Shown piece after piece: positions 60,316 through 64,000 of a stretch of 64,000 nucleotides of DNA (its first letter is position 1; each line of letters opens with the position of its first letter). The DNA comes from Nemertoderma westbladi (lineage: Eukaryota > Animalia > Xenacoelomorpha). The stretch is taken from the NCBI GenBank assembly GCA_032718475.1, contig JAUCBJ010009057.1:86436-150435 (forward strand), given 5' to 3'. The notes under the pieces are model-generated. The model was not told the origin of the DNA and did not search any database. It worked only from the letters and a program-made list of their open reading frames with translations. The translations under genes and the position numbers were made by a program.

Positions 60316-63300
60316 ATGTCTGACACTCAGCAAAACCTGTCAGACAGTCTGATCGATACAACTATCTGTGACTCAGATAGGAGTGTGGAGCGAATAAGAA
60401 AGGAGTTCAGCTCACCTCCTACTGCAAGAAAGGTCATCCCTCCAGTAGTATCAGACCCTAGGCTAATCCACCATAGGTCCATCATAGGCACTCGGGCACA
60501 GGTCAAACGGAACCAAGAGGCAGTCGTCTCATCGCAGCAATGTCTTGGTCAAGAACATACTTCCCAGCGACCCGATAGCTCCAGCAGTTCGGATACTGTA
60601 GAGCTGACCCCCGAACACGGAGTGCAGATGGCTGATACAGTCTACTCGGACCCCCTTCTTACCCTTCCTGCTGCAGTGCTAACTACCATATTCATTGCGG
60701 TGGAGGAACATCAAGCCGACTGGGCGAGGAATAAGCAAGCGACCCAAGATAATTATGCGGGATACGCCAGGGAAGAATTGATATCTATTGTTGAATCACA
60801 ATGGAACTTTCCCGGACTCGGACTCCCGTTGGATCTGTCCGAGGCTACTTGGGAAGATATACACAGGATGGGAGTGGCTAAAGATACTATGGATCCAGCT
60901 GTTTGGAAGAGGTCGGCAGCAGGATATGTGCAGGGATTCTTCGGCTCCTTGGATCGATTGGAAGAACAACTGTTTCGACAACCTCAAGGACCTCAAGAGC
61001 AGGAAGAGCTGCTATATCAAATACGCGAAAGAACCCTACGCATACGACTAATCCTCTCAGCCTTTGAGGAAACTTCCAAAAGAAGACAGGACACGTCGCT
61101 GCAGGTTGCTGTCAAAACTTGGTTACATCGGGTAGATCTCAAAGTACAGGAAACGGCCCAGTGGAAATCCCAGCTGGCTGAGAGATCAACCTGTGAAGAA
61201 CAAACTGATGTCACCCTTTCTCAAGCGGAAAGCGAAGAGACCGCCGAGAAACCGCGAACTAGAGACGCTATCGACATTTATTTGTCCGACTATCAGCGAT
61301 TCCTAGGAGACGAAGAGTTGAGGAGACGGCTGTCTGGACTTTCCCCTAATAGTGAAGGAACCAAGCTTGTGTTGGACTCAATCGATGCCGAAATGTTAGC
61401 TGCAAACCAAGCTGAATGTGATGAAAAACTCTGCCTCACTAGAGTCCGAGAAGAACAAGTAAAGAAAGAACTGATAGAGAGAAGAAAGGTAGCAGCAGCA
61501 GCGGCGGCGGAAGCAGAAGCAGAAAGAAAAGAAGCAGAAGCCGAAAGAAAAGCAGCAGAAGCAGAAGCCGAAAGAAAGGCAAAAGCGGCAGAAGCAGAAG
61601 CCGAAAGAAAAGCGGCAGAAGCAGAAGCAGAAAGAAAAGCGGCGGAAGCCGAAAGAAAGGCAACAGTGGCAGAAGCAGAACGGAGAGCGTCTGAGGAGAC
61701 TATCCAACTAGAGTTGGAAAATCTGCAAGAGACGCAAGACAGTATAAATAAACAGTTTACTGCTAATCAGATGCAGATGATGAGAAAATCTACTCCCAAG
61801 CGCCAGGGATACACATCCTCGGAGGAAGGCGATACTACCGATCCTGAAGGCGGAGGAAATAGATCTCATCTAAGTAGGCGTAGAAAAACATCTTACCGTC
61901 GCAAATTGCCTGATTTGCCCCCAGCTGTTAGAAGACAGCTAGCTAGCACAGACTTGAGTAGTATAGAACCTACAGCCCAAAGTATTAAGGTCCAAAGACT
62001 CTCTACAATAGTTGATGAGCCTGAGATAATTAGGCCTGTCGTTCCCAAAGTCACTTCTGTGTTAGAGACCCCTGTACTTCCAGAGCTTAACTCTAAATTC
62101 CCTTTACATAGTACTACACTGCCTGTACCCGGTGGAACAGTCCAAGAGAATATCCCTGTGCAGATAGCAGAGAGAGAAATTAAAAATTTGTCTCCCGTCG
62201 TCCCGCGTCAGCCCGCTACTATGTTGGCGACTCCCGCTTCGGCGGTTGAGTGGGTGGAAGAGGGACGGCGGGGGATGAATCTCCTGCTGGGACAGATGCA
62301 GGAGACTGTCCACCAACTTAAGGGAACAGTGAGGGAAGGTAGAGCAGAGTTGCAAGAGGTGCAGCAAAGTATCGCACTAGAACGCGACAAATTAGTCAAT
62401 ATCCAAAAGGGCATACCAATACCCCCTGTAACATTGTGTCAACCTGTTAGGTCTGAAGTATTACATGCGCAAGGTGTGGAGCCTACACGCATCTATACTG
62501 CTAGTGAAGTTGAAACTCCTATAGCAAACCCTATTAAGGGTGATTATAGACCTGTTATTAATGATATTCCCTATAGACCTGATAATGATCCGAGAAATTT
62601 GTATACCGATAATTCGATATTAAATAACACGATGGCCCAAGAAAGCTTTACGCGTCAGATGGCTAGAACAGAAGCCCGCCAAGCGGTCAAAGTGGGAGAG
62701 ATCGTCAAATTCAATGGAGATGAGATGAAATGGTTACCTTTCAACGAATATTACAAAGATAGCATACAGAACTCTGTACTATCTAACGGAGAGAAACTTA
62801 GATTCCTCATCAAGTGCTTGGAAGGACCTCCCAAGTTAATGGCGTTAAAGTTTATTGGACATCCAGATGGATTAAGACAAGTTTGGGATACATTAAACAT
62901 CAGGTATGGTAACAAGGATAACATAGCTAAGTATTTGTATGCAAAATTAGTAGCCCCCCGACACTTCCTTAGTAGCGGGATTATAGAGTTTTCCGATGAA
63001 ATTCAAGAGATCTGTAGACAACTGGACTGGTTAGGTAAGTCGCATGAATATCAGAGTTCCATGGTTATTGGAGCCGTAGTCTCTACTTTACCAAAGGGTG
63101 GAGTATGTACACGCTGGGACAAGAAAGTGTTGTACATGAATGAACAACAACGACGAAGTCCTACCATGGCTGATCTCATGTCTTTCTTAGATGGTGAAGT
63201 CAAACTACAACTCATCAAGCAGTCCAGAGAGAAAACATCGGAAAATAAGGTAAGTGAGAAACCCACTTCTAGGAGAAGAGTAACACCGGTGTGTTACACT

Positions 63301-64000
63301 GACGAAGGCGAAAGCCAAGCTTCCCAAGAAGAGGACAGCGGGAAAGATACAGACCGATCTTATTATGTTGACAAAACCTCAAAGGACGTAAGTAAATACA
63401 AGGCTCGAAACAACGATAGGAGAGAACAGGTTGCCAAGACCCCTCCTCAGTCTCCTAACAGAATGCACCGAAGAAAACCCAAAGAAAAAACTAGAGTGCA
63501 TCAAGTTAATCAAGGTAAAGTGAGTAACATCAAACCTAACTGTGCGCTGTGCGACGGGACCCACCGTTTGAGTGCGTGTGCTGAATTTCTAAAGAAATCC
63601 CTTGTAGACAGACGTACAGTTGTGTGGGACAAGCGGTTATGCTATAATTGCCTCAGACCAGGACACCAACGGCGAACCTGTTACTCCGACATAAAGTGTG
63701 CAAAGTGTGGCGCGAGACATCACATCTTGTTACACAGTGAGTTCAAACGAGACAAACAGAGTCAGGTAAGTGAGCCCGAACTACATGTCCAATTTAGTGA
63801 CGTAAATGACACTGATCAAGAGTCTGAGATGGAAGGATTCTATACTGACGAATTCTCCGACGCCAATGAATCCTGTTATCTAATAAATACCGCAGTGTAT
63901 CGAGCACTTACTTACGAAAAGGACATCAACGATGAGTTTTCCCCAACTAATTTCGCCAAACAACCATCTTGGAAAGCTCCAGCTTCCAACGTAGGAATCA
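60316..64000 (+). CDS. gag: A3 Gag, open to the window end (not in the ORF track because it has no stop)
   Basis: ATG at 60316 (MSDTQQNLSDS..); frame 1 matches A2 Gag (DPLL.LPAAVL, IVKFNGDEMKWLPF, CALCDGTH, CYNCLRPGHQRRTC, QPSWKAP); about 100 extra N-terminal residues relative to A2. Confidence 0.9.
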   Translation, partial: MSDTQQNLSDSLIDTTICDSDRSVERIRKEFSSPPTARKVIPPVVSDPRLIHHRSIIGTRAQVKRNQEAVVSSQQCLGQEHTSQRPDSSSSSDTVELTPEHGVQMADTVYSDPLLTLPAAVLTTIFIAVEEHQADWARNKQATQDNYAGYAREELISIVESQWNFPGLGLPLDLSEATWEDIHRMGVAKDTMDPAVWKRSAAGYVQGFFGSLDRLEEQLFRQPQGPQEQEELLYQIRERTLRIRLILSAFEETSKRRQDTSLQVAVKTWLHRVDLKVQETAQWKSQLAERSTCEEQTDVTLSQAESEETAEKPRTRDAIDIYLSDYQRFLGDEELRRRLSGLSPNSEGTKLVLDSIDAEMLAANQAECDEKLCLTRVREEQVKKELIERRKVAAAAAAEAEAERKEAEAERKAAEAEAERKAKAAEAEAERKAAEAEAERKAAEAERKATVAEAERRASEETIQLELENLQETQDSINKQFTANQMQMMRKSTPKRQGYTSSEEGDTTDPEGGGNRSHLSRRRKTSYRRKLPDLPPAVRRQLASTDLSSIEPTAQSIKVQRLSTIVDEPEIIRPVVPKVTSVLETPVLPELNSKFPLHSTTLPVPGGTVQENIPVQIAEREIKNLSPVVPRQPATMLATPASAVEWVEEGRRGMNLLLGQMQETVHQLKGTVREGRAELQEVQQSIALERDKLVNIQKGIPIPPVTLCQPVRSEVLHAQGVEPTRIYTASEVETPIANPIKGDYRPVINDIPYRPDNDPRNLYTDNSILNNTMAQESFTRQMARTEARQAVKVGEIVKFNGDEMKWLPFNEYYKDSIQNSVLSNGEKLRFLIKCLEGPPKLMALKFIGHPDGLRQVWDTLNIRYGNKDNIAKYLYAKLVAPRHFLSSGIIEFSDEIQEICRQLDWLGKSHEYQSSMVIGAVVSTLPKGGVCTRWDKKVLYMNEQQRRSPTMADLMSFLDGEVKLQLIKQSREKTSENKVSEKPTSRRRVTPVCYTDEGESQASQEEDSGKDTDRSYYVDKTSKDVSKYKARNNDRREQVAKTPPQSPNRMHRRKPKEKTRVHQVNQGKVSNIKPNCALCDGTHRLSACAEFLKKSLVDRRTVVWDKRLCYNCLRPGHQRRTCYSDIKCAKCGARHHILLHSEFKRDKQSQVSEPELHVQFSDVNDTDQESEMEGFYTDEFSDANESCYLINTAVYRALTYEKDINDEFSPTNFAKQPSWKAPASNVGI

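Larger units (their letters stand above)
56931..64000 (+). mobile_element. BEL/Pao family A copy A3 (5' LTR, leader, gag; 3' part outside window)
   Basis: LTR, 2.2-kb leader and gag are homologous to the reverse complement of A2. Confidence 0.92.

Overview
Eukaryotic (metazoan) repeat-rich DNA with no host gene. A 28-bp satellite (3412-30594, with a 100-N gap, and a remnant at 56256-56930) abuts three copies of one BEL/Pao LTR-retrotransposon family ('family A'): A1 (+, 3' end only, 1-3411), A2 (-, 30595-56255, TSD ATGTA, pol-deleted) and A3 (+, 5' end only, 56931-64000). A full-length BEL/Pao element of a second family ('B', +, 32218-45663, TSD CTGAA) is nested in A2. Two features shared by both families stand out. 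(1) A third ORF in the env position encodes a DnaQ/DEDDy-like (Egl/EXD/WRN-type) 3'-5' exonuclease fold plus three CCHC zinc knuckles rather than an envelope. (2) There is no TGG tRNA primer-binding site; each 5' LTR is followed by GTAAC..., complementary to a site inside the element's own LTR, which suggests Tf1-like self-priming. All domain calls are by-eye motif recognition; no searches were run.
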